From: Podarcis vaucheri
Taxonomy: Eukaryota
DNA: 64,000 bases
Strand: one strand, 5' to 3'
NCBI GenBank assembly: GCA_965113315.1
Contig: OZ220372.1
Under the pieces are notes generated by a model, which ran no database searches, was not told the origin of the DNA, and was given only the letters and a program-made list of their open reading frames with translations. Each line of letters starts with the position of its first letter. Position 1 is the first letter of the stretch. Position numbers and translations under genes: made by a program. Below are positions 12,700 to 23,952 of the stretch, piece after piece.

Positions 12700-13460
12700 C
12701 TTTCCCGCCCCATATGCTTCGAAGTGCCCGCGAGAAAACCTAAGACCAAAACACAGGAATACGACACGCATTCACTGAAGGAAGCAAGCGGTGCTTGAGG
12801 CTTTCCCTTCTTTGTGGGGGAGGGAAACCAAGACTTACAGCGCAATCCCATGCACGTTTACTCAGAAGCAAGCTTCCCGCCCGCCAAGTTCAGTGCACGA
12901 TCCCATGCAAGTTTACTCACCAACAAGCCCCACGGATTTCAATGGGCCTTTAACTCCTGGGGAGGGGAGGGTTAGAGCACTGCTTTAAACGGGCGTTTAA
13001 GGGCGCTGGTGAAAGCTTTGTTTCGTTTCCAGCCGTTTCCTACCTTCCCAGTCTTGTCTTGGCCTCCGATCTGGTTCTGTCGGACGAAGACGACCGGCAC
13101 CGACGGCTCCATGGCGACTTCCAGGACCGCGACTCTCAGCAGCGGCGCATCTTCTGCAAAGGGGAAGAAAGGAGAAGCACGCCGCGTGCGCGAGGAACGC
13201 CTTTTATGACGCTTCGAGCCCGGGGATTTTGGGGGGCGTGGCCTCCCGCCTCCCCAGCCTCGCCAAGTTCCTTAAAGCTCTGCGCTGAGTCAAAGGCAAA
13301 GTAAGCATGACTTGCTTTTTTTGTGACTCTCCGCCCCCCCCAGGCTTCTTCCTCCTTCCTCCTCATTACGTGCCACGGATCGAACCGGACCGAATTCGCT
13401 ACGTTTCTTTGGGGGGGGGGTAGTAGTAACACGTGGCTCCTCGGCAGCAAGAGCCAATGG
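12700..13460 (-). promoter_or_regulatory. CpG island, TXNRD1 core promoter region
   Basis: High CpG density around the 110-nt exon; TGACTCAGC (ARE/AP-1) on minus at 13284-13292, GC-box-like GGGGCG motifs, CACGTG 13430-13435, CCAAT 13454-13458. Confidence 0.8.
13044..13153 (-). CDS. TXNRD1: TXNRD1 110-nt exon, C-terminal part of the glutaredoxin domain (EDAPLLRVAVLEVAMEPSVPVVFVRQNQIGGQDKTGK); contains probable main ATG at 13112
   Basis: Long polypyrimidine tract plus gcag acceptor, AAG|GTAGG donor, in frame with the 6979 exon; aligns without gaps to recalled human EDGRALEGTLSELAAETDLPVVFVKQRKIGGHGPTLK; GTCGCC-ATG-G Kozak. Confidence 0.9.
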
Positions 13461-13703
13461 CTTCAAGTTGCAAGAAAGGAAATTCCGACTAAACATTGGG
13501 GGGTGGGCAGACTTTCTGACAGCTGTTCCGCTGTGGAACAGACTTCCGCGAGAGGTGGTGGATTCTCCTTCCTTGGAGGTTTTTAAACAGAGGTTGGATG
13601 GCCATCTGCCATGGATGCTTTAGCTGAGATTCGTGCATTGCAGGGGGTTGGACTAGATGACCCTGCGGGGTCCCTCCCAACTCTTAAGATTCAATTATTC
13701 TAT
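13452..13703 (+). mobile_element. CR1 LINE 3' fragment abutting the TXNRD1 promoter
   Basis: NGFKLQERKFRLNI-like RT C-terminus, GGGTTGGACTAGATGACC 3' UTR, ATTC tail. Confidence 0.85.
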
Positions 13704-13926
13704 TGCGTTCAGCGAGAATGCTTGCTCTTTCTGCTCAGTTCCTGTTCGCCCTGGCTCAAACTCTCCTACACTGCAGACACTTCCTTAAAAATGCTCACAT
13801 TTCATTGAATGCAAGGATCAAACATCCACTTTCTCTTCCAGATGCAAAGGATTATCTCTGTCAGCGAATAAAGCAGTGCCTGATATAGGTGCCTTTCCCT
13901 CCATTGATGGGAGAGGGTGCCTGTAG

Positions 13927-14140
13927 CATGTTGTGGTCCTGTCTCTTTTTCTGCTTTTAGATGTGGTATTCGTTTTGTGACTGGTGCCCATGTTATCCTG
14001 CCTAGATAGCTCAACTGATTACAGCGTGGTGCTGATAACACCAAGATTGCAGGTTCGATCCCGGTATGGGACAGCTGCATATTCTTGCATTTCAGGAGGT
14101 TGAACTACATGATTCTCAAGATCCCTTCCAACTCTACCAT
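13927..14140 (+). mobile_element. tRNA(Ile)-derived SINE with CR1-type tail plus a 5' segment shared with the copy at 31673-31949
   Basis: GCTGATAACACCAAGATTGCAGGTTCGATCCC head, GATCCCTTCCAACTCT tail. Confidence 0.8.
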
Positions 14141-14846
14141 TATATGGTTTTCAAAATTCCATATGTGCCCACTGGCTCCAAAAGGATGGCATCTGCTGAT
14201 TTAAGTGCTTCAACAGGCATTAGCATTGGGGATGGTGTTTAAAAAGGCTGAAAGTTACCAAACAGTTTACATAAAAAGAGTCTGCTGGAACCTTTAACAG
14301 ATTTATTGTAGTATGCATTTTCATTGACTGAAAGCCCACTTCATCAAATATGTGAGCTCCAGCTGGCAATCAGACAGAGTGACTTTATCATTCTGCATGC
14401 CTGAGTTTAGAGGGAAAGATTGAACCTGAAATGTGCAGTCTGTGACATTGTGTGTACAAAGCTCAAATATACACAAGATAAGAACAGCGGCTAATCACAG
14501 CAGGAGTAATTAGCAATAATTACTAATTTAGCACCTTTAGTGGACCTTGGTCTGGATTGCATCCTAAGCAAATAGAATAAAACATTCTGATAAAATATAG
14601 TTCCGCAATCTCACACTGGAGCCTCTGAAAGTATTTTGTTGAAGGCTCCCTTGGGTCAGGAGACCAGTGTTCTGGGAAACTGAAATATTCTCCCACTGGT
14701 TCTTGAATGCCGCCATTTTTTGAATCAGATTTGTGCTCATTTACATCTCAGGACACAAACTGATATACAGGACAAGCCAAAGCAAATGTGTATTCTTTAT
14801 TTCTCCAAAGTCTCTTCTGTCTTTAAAGCACAAGTATGAAAGCTGT

Positions 14847-15184
14847 GGCTAAAGCCTCAGCGCCTAGGGCTTGCCGATCGAAAGGTCGGCGGTTCGAATC
14901 CCCGCGGCGGGGTGCGCTCCCGCTGCTCGGTCCCAGCGCCTGCCCACCTAGCAGTTCGAAAGCACCCCCGGGGGCAAGTAGATAAATAGGTACCGCTTAC
15001 CAGCGGGAAGGTAAACGGCGTTCCGTGTGCGGCTCTGGCTCGCCAGAGCAGCGTTGTCACGCTGGCCACGTGACCCGGAAGTGTCTTCGGACAGCGCTGG
15101 CCCCCGGCCAATAGATGTGAGATGGGCGCACAAACCCCAGAGTCTGTCAAGACTGGCCCGTTCGGGCAGGGGTACCTTTACCTT
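14847..15184 (+). mobile_element. Sauria SINE, slightly 5'-truncated
   Basis: Near-identical to 4289-4652; 12-bp TSD TATGAAAGCTGT at 14835-14846 and 15185-15196. Confidence 0.95.
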
Positions 15185-15731
15185 TATGAAAGCTGTACTA
15201 GGGGTATTTTGGAATACTAGCTAGGATCGTGGAATGGATCCATCAGGAACACCACATACCAGCACCTTTTTGATTAGTACTTGTGCTAGAATTCAGATAC
15301 TATTGTATGTCTCTCCTCTGGTCCCTGGTGAATAATTCCCATAAAGAACAAGGGGTAAAGTAACACTGCTGTTTTTCCCTTCCCATGCTTATTATTGGAT
15401 CACTTACCGTATATGAGGCCTCAGGCGTCATATAAATCCAAGTTACGTATACTTTGGATCACATTTCACAGAGATAAAAGGAACTTGTTTTCAAGTAACT
15501 GTGATCAGAACAAAGGTGCCACACTTCAGGCAGATCAACCAGTTAAGGCCTTATATAAACAAGTTTAATGCCTTCAATAACATTGTCTTAAAGAAGCTTT
15601 TAAAGGAACACTTCATTTTCTGCTACCTCCCAGAAATCACAGGACACACATAGACACAGGCAAGACCAAAGACGTTGTGTGGATATTTTTAACGGGACAC
15701 TCCCTTTTTGTTCTGGGCTAGCAGCCAGTGG

Positions 15732-15750
15732 CAGCATGACAAAGCAAAAA
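15732..15750 (+). promoter_or_regulatory. Antioxidant response element-like site CAGCATGACAAAGCAAAAA (copy 1)
   Basis: RTGACnnnGCA plus A-rich flank, the NRF2-sMAF consensus. Confidence 0.5.
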
Positions 15751-15939
15751 CACACTTGTTCAATAGCATGGCAGAGATCGAGAGCTGGGATGGAGAATCT
15801 TTTTCATCTCGAAGGCTACATTTCACTTTTGGGAAGCTCTCTGCAAAGCGAGATGAGCGCTACACCCCACAGCTACTTTGACTGGACTTAACCATCCAGG
15901 GGTCCTTCACCTTACCTTTTACCTGCAACTGAAACACAG

Positions 15940-16680
15940 TATGAGGACTCTGTAGTATGAGGTGTATGGGGTATTTTAGGGGTGGGGTCGTACCTTTGGT
16001 AGGAGACACATTGTGCTCCTTCTGGGGTAGTTTGTCCACCTTTGGTCCCCACCCTGTACCCAGCTCTGACCTGTGACTCTCAGAAGTTGTCAGCATGTAA
16101 CAGCAGCCACACCCCGGGAACAGCTTTTACTGGCTGGCTAGAGAGTAGCTAGTGGGGTACCAAACCCTTGGTGAGTTAGGGGCTTCCCCTGCATGTGATT
16201 GAGTGGACAAGACCAATAGTGGGTCCAATGGTCAAGCCGGTGGTTTCTGCACATGCTGTAGAGAGAAGTGAGGGGCAGATGGGGTTTGTCAACCTGGAAT
16301 AGGGAGTCCATTTAGGAGATGGAAAACTCTAATCGTAAACCTCCGCTGCCTTGCGAAACATCTTTGGGAGAAGAAATGGCTAAGGTGTAAACCCTACACA
16401 AATCTGGAGTGGGGTCCCTAAGACAGTTGGATACCAACACCTTGTACGCCTCCTCCTGGCAACTCCTGCAGCCAATATGCCAAACATATTGCTCTGCTTT
16501 CCTTTGTACCACACCAGCGAGGCCAAGGGGAGGGTCTTGTCATCTGGGCAGCCATGATCTCCAGACACACTGCCCTGGCTTGCACCCCTAGATGGTCACT
16601 CAAACCACTAACATAGCGGTTTGACTTCGCCCCCAGAGGCACACTCCATTGTCTCTTGAGACAGACAGATGCCAACAATG
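15940..16680 (+). mobile_element. Unclassified interspersed repeat, possibly RTE-clade related
   Basis: Sharp compositional shift, GAAGGAAAACTCT-like motif, ends in GCCAACAA; family assignment tentative. Confidence 0.35.
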
Positions 16681-19163
16681 ACTCTGAATGTGCACAGAGA
16701 GTGGGATTGAATCATGGCCACTTGCCCTTGCTAACCCTGTCGTCGTCCGTTTCGCCTGCCTCACCACTCACCACAACCCCGGGTACATTCAGCATGTCTG
16801 AAAGAGCCATCCTGTCTACAACTGAAGCTAGCAACCCTTGAATAAACGTATCTGTTTGTATGTGCCTTCAGGTGATATCCCAAATGAGGACAGGGGCAGT
16901 GTTGGTGGGTAAACTACAGGGCTCAGAATTACTTGGGGGAAAGTATGTGCTTTGAATGTGCTTTAAAGGTACAGTGCATACACAGCCTAAAAGTCACTGT
17001 GGGAATTACTTCTTGTAGACATGCCTAGGAATGAGCATTTAGGCTCCCTGGCTGATTGTCATAAGACAGGAGGAAAAGACCAACAAAGAGGGAGGGAAAC
17101 AAGTATCTTGTGAGCTTCGGACAACTGGTTGTGTAACCTATTAAAATGCCGTGAGAGAAAAGCAGCTACTACTTAAGTATGAAAATGCAGTCTTTCGTAA
17201 TCTACCCTGCACCCCTAAATATGCTGATATAAGATGAAGATCTGGATTCTTTGGGTATCGCAAAGAAATAAACAAGAGTAATCGGACTTGTAAATGAAAA
17301 TTAAGGTATCAGGTAAATGTTGGGGGAGGCATAACTTGGCTGAAAATTAGCAAAATTGCTCCGTAGGGGGTTTAGCTTAGAAAATAATTATGGTTTGGTT
17401 GTTCTACAAATTGATTTTTTGCAATAGTTGTACATTCAAGTCTCTTGTCAAGATACATTCACTGTTGATGGATACAGGGCACTTCCATTTTGTGGGGGCT
17501 GTATTAGGTTCCTGGCAGTGAGTGCACAGGTCAAACACATTGGAACTGTGCCAATTCCCCTGCTAAACCCCACGAGGCAGACTTTTCATCTCCAATTTTC
17601 CTGTGAATCTTTGCAGTGGGTTTCACCAGAGCTTTGGGCTGTTTCCCAGAACATCACAGTTGTTGTGATTAATCAACTAGGACAGTTAAAGTTGATTAAC
17701 CTTAAATTGATTAGTCCCATGAGTTTTAATTGATGAACTAGTTGGCAGCAGTTTGCATATGACTACTACAACAGCCTTGAAGGAAAAGCACACTTTGTCC
17801 TTAGGTGTATTGATACATCAGCAGGAACTATCTTAGAAAGGGCATTCTGTCTTGCACTTCTGCAATGTGCCTGCCAACTGCAGTTTTTATATGCACAAAT
17901 TGAAAATAATGTAACATTTAAAAGAACCATACAACACAGCAGCCACCCTGTTGCCAGATTAATCAGGTATGTCTGTTCAGTGGAGTGATGAATCAAATGA
18001 TTAAACTTTGCAGTCCTACAAATTATTCCTTGCCTTCTTGCCAACGGCGAGTAAAAAATTGCCTCTGGGCAAGGACAGGATGCTATACTAAATAATGCAG
18101 TAATACTACAAATTACCCAGTAATTGCCTAGGTGTTTCATTCATGCTTATGTTCCCGCCCTTATCCTGGAATTCTGGAGATTAAGATTTGAGAACAGGCT
18201 GTCTGCCTCAGCCCTGAGAAACTCCAGATCTTCTTTGCATGAGAAAACTTGCCCACTTCCTCACCTGCTTCACTCCTGAGACAGTGGATGAGCTAGAGAG
18301 AAGCTTCTGCCCTGTCTCCCTGGACACCATTGAGCCTAGGGCTCAGAATCCAGGACAATAATTATTGCAACACAGGTGTGACTATTATTTCCCAAACAGG
18401 CAAAGCCCTAAACTAGGGGTGGGTAAACCTGCACTCCTCCAGACTCCCATCAGTCCCAGCCAGCAGGGCCAACAGTCAAAGATGCTGGGAGTGGTTGTTT
18501 AGCAACATCCAGAGGGTCACAGGTTCCCCAGCCTTGCTCTGCCCTAAGATGCCTCCTTGGTTGCTCATTCCATTAATGGAGAAACTGCTGCCAGTCTGGC
18601 TCCTAGCTAAGGTGGAGGGTATATTAAGCCAAACGGTGCTTGTTTTCAGCAGTGCCAATGTGTGCATTAGATAAACCAGGAAATGCAAAAATTAAGCTGC
18701 AGTTACCCATTTTGAAATATTAAACTAATTATCAGGTTTTTTGTGGGGGGAGTGGAATTCAAACACACAGGAGCCAGGAAGTACTAGACAAGGAGGAAAG
18801 ACAACAAAATGTGCAGGTTGCAATTCAATCGCGTTTTCACCACTACACAATATAGCAAGCAGAGAAAGGAAAATCTGATTCTCAATCAGTTTCTAACATG
18901 GGAGCATGTTCAGATATTTTATAGTGGAGGGGCGCTTTCAGAAAAGTGATTTTAGAACTGCCCTAAAGGGCTGTGGTTTCCTATGTCTCTTTAATATTTT
19001 ACTATTATAAACTTCCCTATTTGATTTTACATTAATAGTAAAATAATTTTAAAGGTTCCCTGGCTGTCCTGAACCTACAACCAGGTGTAGATAGGAGAAT
19101 GCAAGAGTTTTGCGTGGAGCTTTTAAGCTGCCACACCTTTTGCACTGTCCAAAGTCTCAGCTA

Positions 19164-19182
19164 CAGCATGACAAAGCAAAAA
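19164..19182 (+). promoter_or_regulatory. Antioxidant response element-like site CAGCATGACAAAGCAAAAA (copy 2)
   Basis: Identical 19-mer to 15732-15750. Confidence 0.5.
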
Positions 19183-19760
19183 GAAAGTGCCCTATAATTA
19201 TCATAGGTAGTCTCTAATAATGTTATATGCATGCATCTACATTCATTCCCTCTGCAGTGCATGACCAAACCTTCCTGTTTTCACTGTAGCTGTTTTCATT
19301 ATGCTGATAAATTCCTGTTCTTGCTGTCTTTTTGTGGAATCTACCTCCCTTTTATGCTCTGTGCCCCAGTGTTTGTTACACCTTTTTCATACAAGACTGA
19401 AGTGCCGAACAGTTCACGGAAGTTTGTCTTTTGACTTAAAGAATCGTTAGAAGTTAGGAAAGTGAAAAGAGCTTGACTCGATTCAGCTATTTGACCTAGA
19501 TATTCAGGACAGGCAGAGAATGGTTAGTATTTGTTCAGTCCAGAAAATTATACTTTCCCACTTTGAGAAAGTTGCCACAAAAAGCCTCAACTTCCTGCCT
19601 TGCACACTCCTCATATTTTGTACTCATGGGGAGATCGAAAGCATCTGTTTTCGCTTTTAATCTAAACACCGTTCCCCATTGCCAACAGAACTCAGGGAAC
19701 TGTGGTTTACATACACCATGGTTAATGGGAACAAAACTATAATCAAACCATGGTTTGAGA

Positions 19761-19822
19761 TCCTGGCTTGTTCTCAACAATCCTAGCTTGTTCTCAATAA
19801 TCCTGGCTTGTTCTCAACAATC
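19761..19822 (+). repeat. 20-bp tandem repeat TCCTGGCTTGTTCTCAACAA x3
   Basis: Three near-perfect consecutive copies. Confidence 0.9.
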
Positions 19823-20846
19823 ACAGTTCCCCAAGTTTGGCCATCACATGGCACTCTAGTTAGCTTAAAAGTGAAAGCTCTTCCTCCTCACAGGACACAC
19901 ACACACACAGAGAGAGAGAGAGAACATATGGTGCTGTCAGTGACAATGCCAAGAGCAGCTATAATGAAGAGCAGAGGTAGTGTGCTTGAGTGTGCGTTCA
20001 GGAGAAGACATACATCATATTTCTAGAGCAGAAAGACCAGCCTGGAAGTGCCCTCATTATATTCAGTCCAAAATTACCTTTCCGCTCCATGGTCAGTTCT
20101 CTTCATAAAAAGCGGAAGCTGACTATGCACAGCTCTTGGAGAGCTGTTTATGGTAATCTTGGGCATGCACACGCCCGTTTCCTGAATTACAGTTTGCAGG
20201 CAAGTGCAAACCATAGTTTGACCACTTAGACAAGATAGGAAACCAAGGTTTGCAGCTAAATGAACACTGGGAGTTCCAAAGGAAGGAGGGAATATATGAG
20301 CTTGAGGTGCTCCTGCAACCTTGATTGTTCTCTAGTCCTGTGTTTTGTCTTGCTGCTTGCACCTGCCTCCTCATCTGTCCTGAGGCCCTAACTTTTATTT
20401 CCCCCTTGTTTCTGTCTTCAAATTCGTCCTTTAGCCCTGACTTTCCTCTTTGGTTTTGACTCCTGGCTTTGTTCCTCTACTCTGGTCCCCTAGCGCAACT
20501 CTTGGCTCCTGATTTCCTGGCTTATCACAGACCGCTTCCCTGAACAATGTTATTGTTAATTATATGCTAATTAGAGGTTGATTAATTGACAAACAGCACA
20601 ATTTAGACATAATACATTTGTGATTAGCCTAATTTCGCCTTGATTTAAAAATAATAGGTGCATATGATGAGAACTGGAAAACTATGTAAGATAAATGAGA
20701 TACAGATTTTGTATCTTCAGTTTTGTGTTAATGAATAAAATAGCCAGTAGCATCAGCTTCTGTAATTCTTCAGTAACTTTAATTTAGCATCCATACTCTT
20801 CGCCTACCAAATTCTGCATTACTTTGCATGAAAGCAAACGCATTGC

Positions 20847-20929
20847 CTTCTTACAGAAGCTGCAAGTTTTACTGCTGAAGATCATAACATCGTTTTCATC
20901 TCTGAGTGTGTGGGTGATTAACTTCCAGT
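20847..20929 (-). CDS. TXNRD1: Putative TXNRD1 glutaredoxin-domain exon with CSFC site (DWKLITHTLRDENDVMIFSSKTCSFCKK)
   Basis: VMIFSSKTCSFC matches the Grx beta1/active-site pattern (recalled human VVIFSRSTCTRC); phase-1 aag acceptor after a ctaat branch point; donor would be GC (AAG|GCAATG); boundaries uncertain. Confidence 0.7.
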
Positions 20930-21431
20930 CTTCATATAGAAATATTACAAGAAGATTAGATAAGGGCGAGCATGAACATTATGCTCAAACTGGATGGATG
21001 AAAATCAACTACTGTACTTAAAAAACGAAACAAGTTGGAGTTGCAATTGTTTAAAAATAGTAACTATTTCAATAATATGGATATAAGCATATTCTCAGGA
21101 CAGAAAAACATAATGGAACTCCCACACAGGTGGCAATGAAGGTCACCAACTTGGATGGCTTTGAAAGAGGATTGGACAAATTCATGGAGGAGAATGCCAT
21201 CAATGGCTACTAGCTATGATAGCTACCGTAACTCCACCAGAGGCAAATTTAGGGCAGTGGGACTGGTTCTGCCACACTGGGTGCCAAGCCTAGTTTTGTG
21301 GGCCCCATTTTATACAAAACCCTTCCAGCAGAGGCCAGACAGGCCCCCTCCATAAGGAACATCCAGCATCTGCAGAAGACTTTTTCTTACACCAGCAGGC
21401 GTTTTAACTGAATTCTGTTTTTATCGTTTTA

Positions 21432-21823
21432 TTTTATTTTTAAAAAATAATATTTATTAATTTTCAACAATTTAAACACAACACCACAAAAAACCAAAGA
21501 AAAACAATACAACAATACAATACCGTACAAAAAACACTACACAACACTAACACAAACAATTAACAAAACAAAAACCATTCAAAACACAATCCAGTTTCAA
21601 TATCTTATCTTTCATTCACATGTTTCCACGACCTCCTCTCACCTCCCTTTTTGTATTCCACTTCTATTAATTGTTTCAGCAATTCCTTTCCATCTTCCTC
21701 TATTTTCTATCCTATAATTATCTTAACACATTCTAACCTTATTTTTCCCTTTAATATCCCATTAATCTATCTATACCTAATTCCTTATAACATTTCTACT
21801 AAAGCCATATAACTTCATTCCAA
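21432..21823 (-). mobile_element. L1 3' UTR fragment
   Basis: T-rich tail at left; TSD CTGTTTTTATCRTTTTA at 21415-21431 and 21824-21840. Confidence 0.7.
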
Positions 21824-23952
21824 CTGTTTTTATCATTTTAACTCACTTTCAGTTTCATTGCATTCAGTTCCTCCTGTACGCTACTCAGAGGGTATTACAA
21901 TTAAACGGTATATAAACTGTTGAAAACAAATAAATAACAATACAGCCTGTCCTTCCTGACCTAAAATGAGACACTGTGATTTAAACTTGCCTGGGCTGGC
22001 TCTCCTCTGTTGCTGACCCCTGGAAACTTTTTGGATGTAGAAGGATTATTTGTGCCTAATCCTGGCTTGTATGACTTGACTTCCCCTACCATTCTTTTGT
22101 GTGTGAGACATGGGGCTTCCTCACAGACTATGCCTGCCAGAGGACAAGAACGGACATTGTAGTGTGTGCTGGTGACAAAATGATATCAGGTTTAAGAAGG
22201 TGTCATGTTTCCCTTAGGGTGACCACAAACCCCACCATATGACTTGGATGTCCGAAAGCACCATTAATCATAGTCAGGTGAGCTCTTTTGTACAGCCTCA
22301 CTAATCTCTGCTTCTTTTGCCTTGTACATGATTACAGTCTAGTTTCCATCATGTGTCCAGGGATGCAGTTGCTCAGCTTCAATTAAAGTTAATAGAGATG
22401 TTTTTCTCCAACTAAATAAATTGGGTTTTAACCACAAGACACTTGCAAATTACCCAAGCCTAGCAGCAGAACAGCCGCCTCCTAGCAGGCCAGGCCATTT
22501 GGGGAAGGGCCACAGCTCAGTGTTAGAGCTTCTCCTCTGTATGCAAAAGGCCTCAGGTTCAATCCCTGATATTTCCAAGTAAGGCTGGGAATGTCCCCTG
22601 CCTGAAACCCTAGAGAACTGCTGCCAGTCTGTGTAGACAGTACTGAGCTGGATGGACCAATGGTCTGGGTCTTCCTGTGTCCCTTTGTCCATCTAGCACA
22701 GTATTATCTACCCCAGTCTTCCCCAACCTGGTGCCCTCCAAATGTTTCGGACTACAACTCCCATCAGCCCCAGCAGCACAGTTGATAGGAGTTGCGGTCT
22801 GAAACAACAGGAGGGAAGAGACTTTCCTACTATCTGCTGCTCTCTTTTTTACAATTTTATTTTGATTTTCAAAAGTTAATTACATATTCGGTTTCCCCCA
22901 ATATTTTAAAGAAATGTAAACTTCCTCTCCACCCCTCTGTGGTTTCCTTGTTTCCCCTTATCTTGCTGCATATTATACCTAACTTCCCTCTTCGTCCTAA
23001 CTTAATACTGTATCTAAATTGTTTTACTGCTGGTTGCAGTTCAAATCCTACTTGCACGTTAAGCAGACTACAGTATTGTTACGTTTCTTCAGATACTCCA
23101 CTGCTTATGGGAATTTCTTTCACAGAATGTTGAACTCAGTGGACTTTGATCTGTTCTTTAAAAAGGGCATCATTTTTGTGCCATGTGAACGGAACAAAAG
23201 TCAAAGCTTGTAAGCTCCACTCTTATTCATTAGCTGAGAAGAGAATCAAAGCATTGGCAGGACCTCAAAAGCCATTTGGTCCAACACCCTGCTGATGCAG
23301 AAAATCCACTACAGAGAACCATATCTTTCTGGAATAATAGAATTGTTGAATTGCATTTGAACCTGTCCCTACAACCAGTTCCTGTGACTCAGGCTATGTA
23401 CACATTAGTACCTTAAAACACAGCAAAGTGGTTTCCCCTGCTGTCTATTAAAAGTCACATTTGCATGCTGCTTTACACTCTAGAGAGGGCACAGAGATGT
23501 CTTCACCCAATGTATTACCAGATTCATTTCCCCATGTTAGTAACTCTTCCCTGCTTCCTGAAACTCCAAGTCACTGCATCTGTCGTCCACACATGCGCTG
23601 TCATCTGTGCATGCACAATAGATGTCTCAAATGCACACACACCGCAACTCAACCACAGCTTATAAACTGGACAGAAGCTGGGTTTGAGGAAATGGCAGTG
23701 TTTCTCAAGAAACTACAGGCTATATGTGGGTTGTGGCTAACGTCATGTGTACTTGGCTTCAGGCACCAGTGGCAGGAGTATGCTAGAGTCAGAGGAAGTG
23801 GGTAATGTGTACACAGCCCAAAGTGACATTTCAAGATATGGTCAATGGCAGTTGGGGCCACAGTCGGACAATCAGAGGGCTGTTTCACCAGGTGCCATGA
23901 GTATCAGATCAATCTATGTATCAGTTTCATCATGAGAATCTGTCTAGAATTT

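Noticed and set aside
6980-13043. EID3 retrogene, nested in a TXNRD1 intron in placental mammals
   Set aside because: No long intronless ORF or NSE4/EID-like peptide is visible; absence is expected outside mammals
14000-14072. Apparent tRNA-Ile(GAT) gene
   Set aside because: Degenerate stems and a directly attached CR1-type tail identify it as a SINE head
15408-15498. Strong minus-strand donor (G|GTAAGT) as the missing Grx linking exon
   Set aside because: Phase-compatible frames contain stops and show no Grx similarity
19761-19822. CRISPR-like repeat array
   Set aside because: Eukaryotic DNA; direct tandem repeats with no spacers
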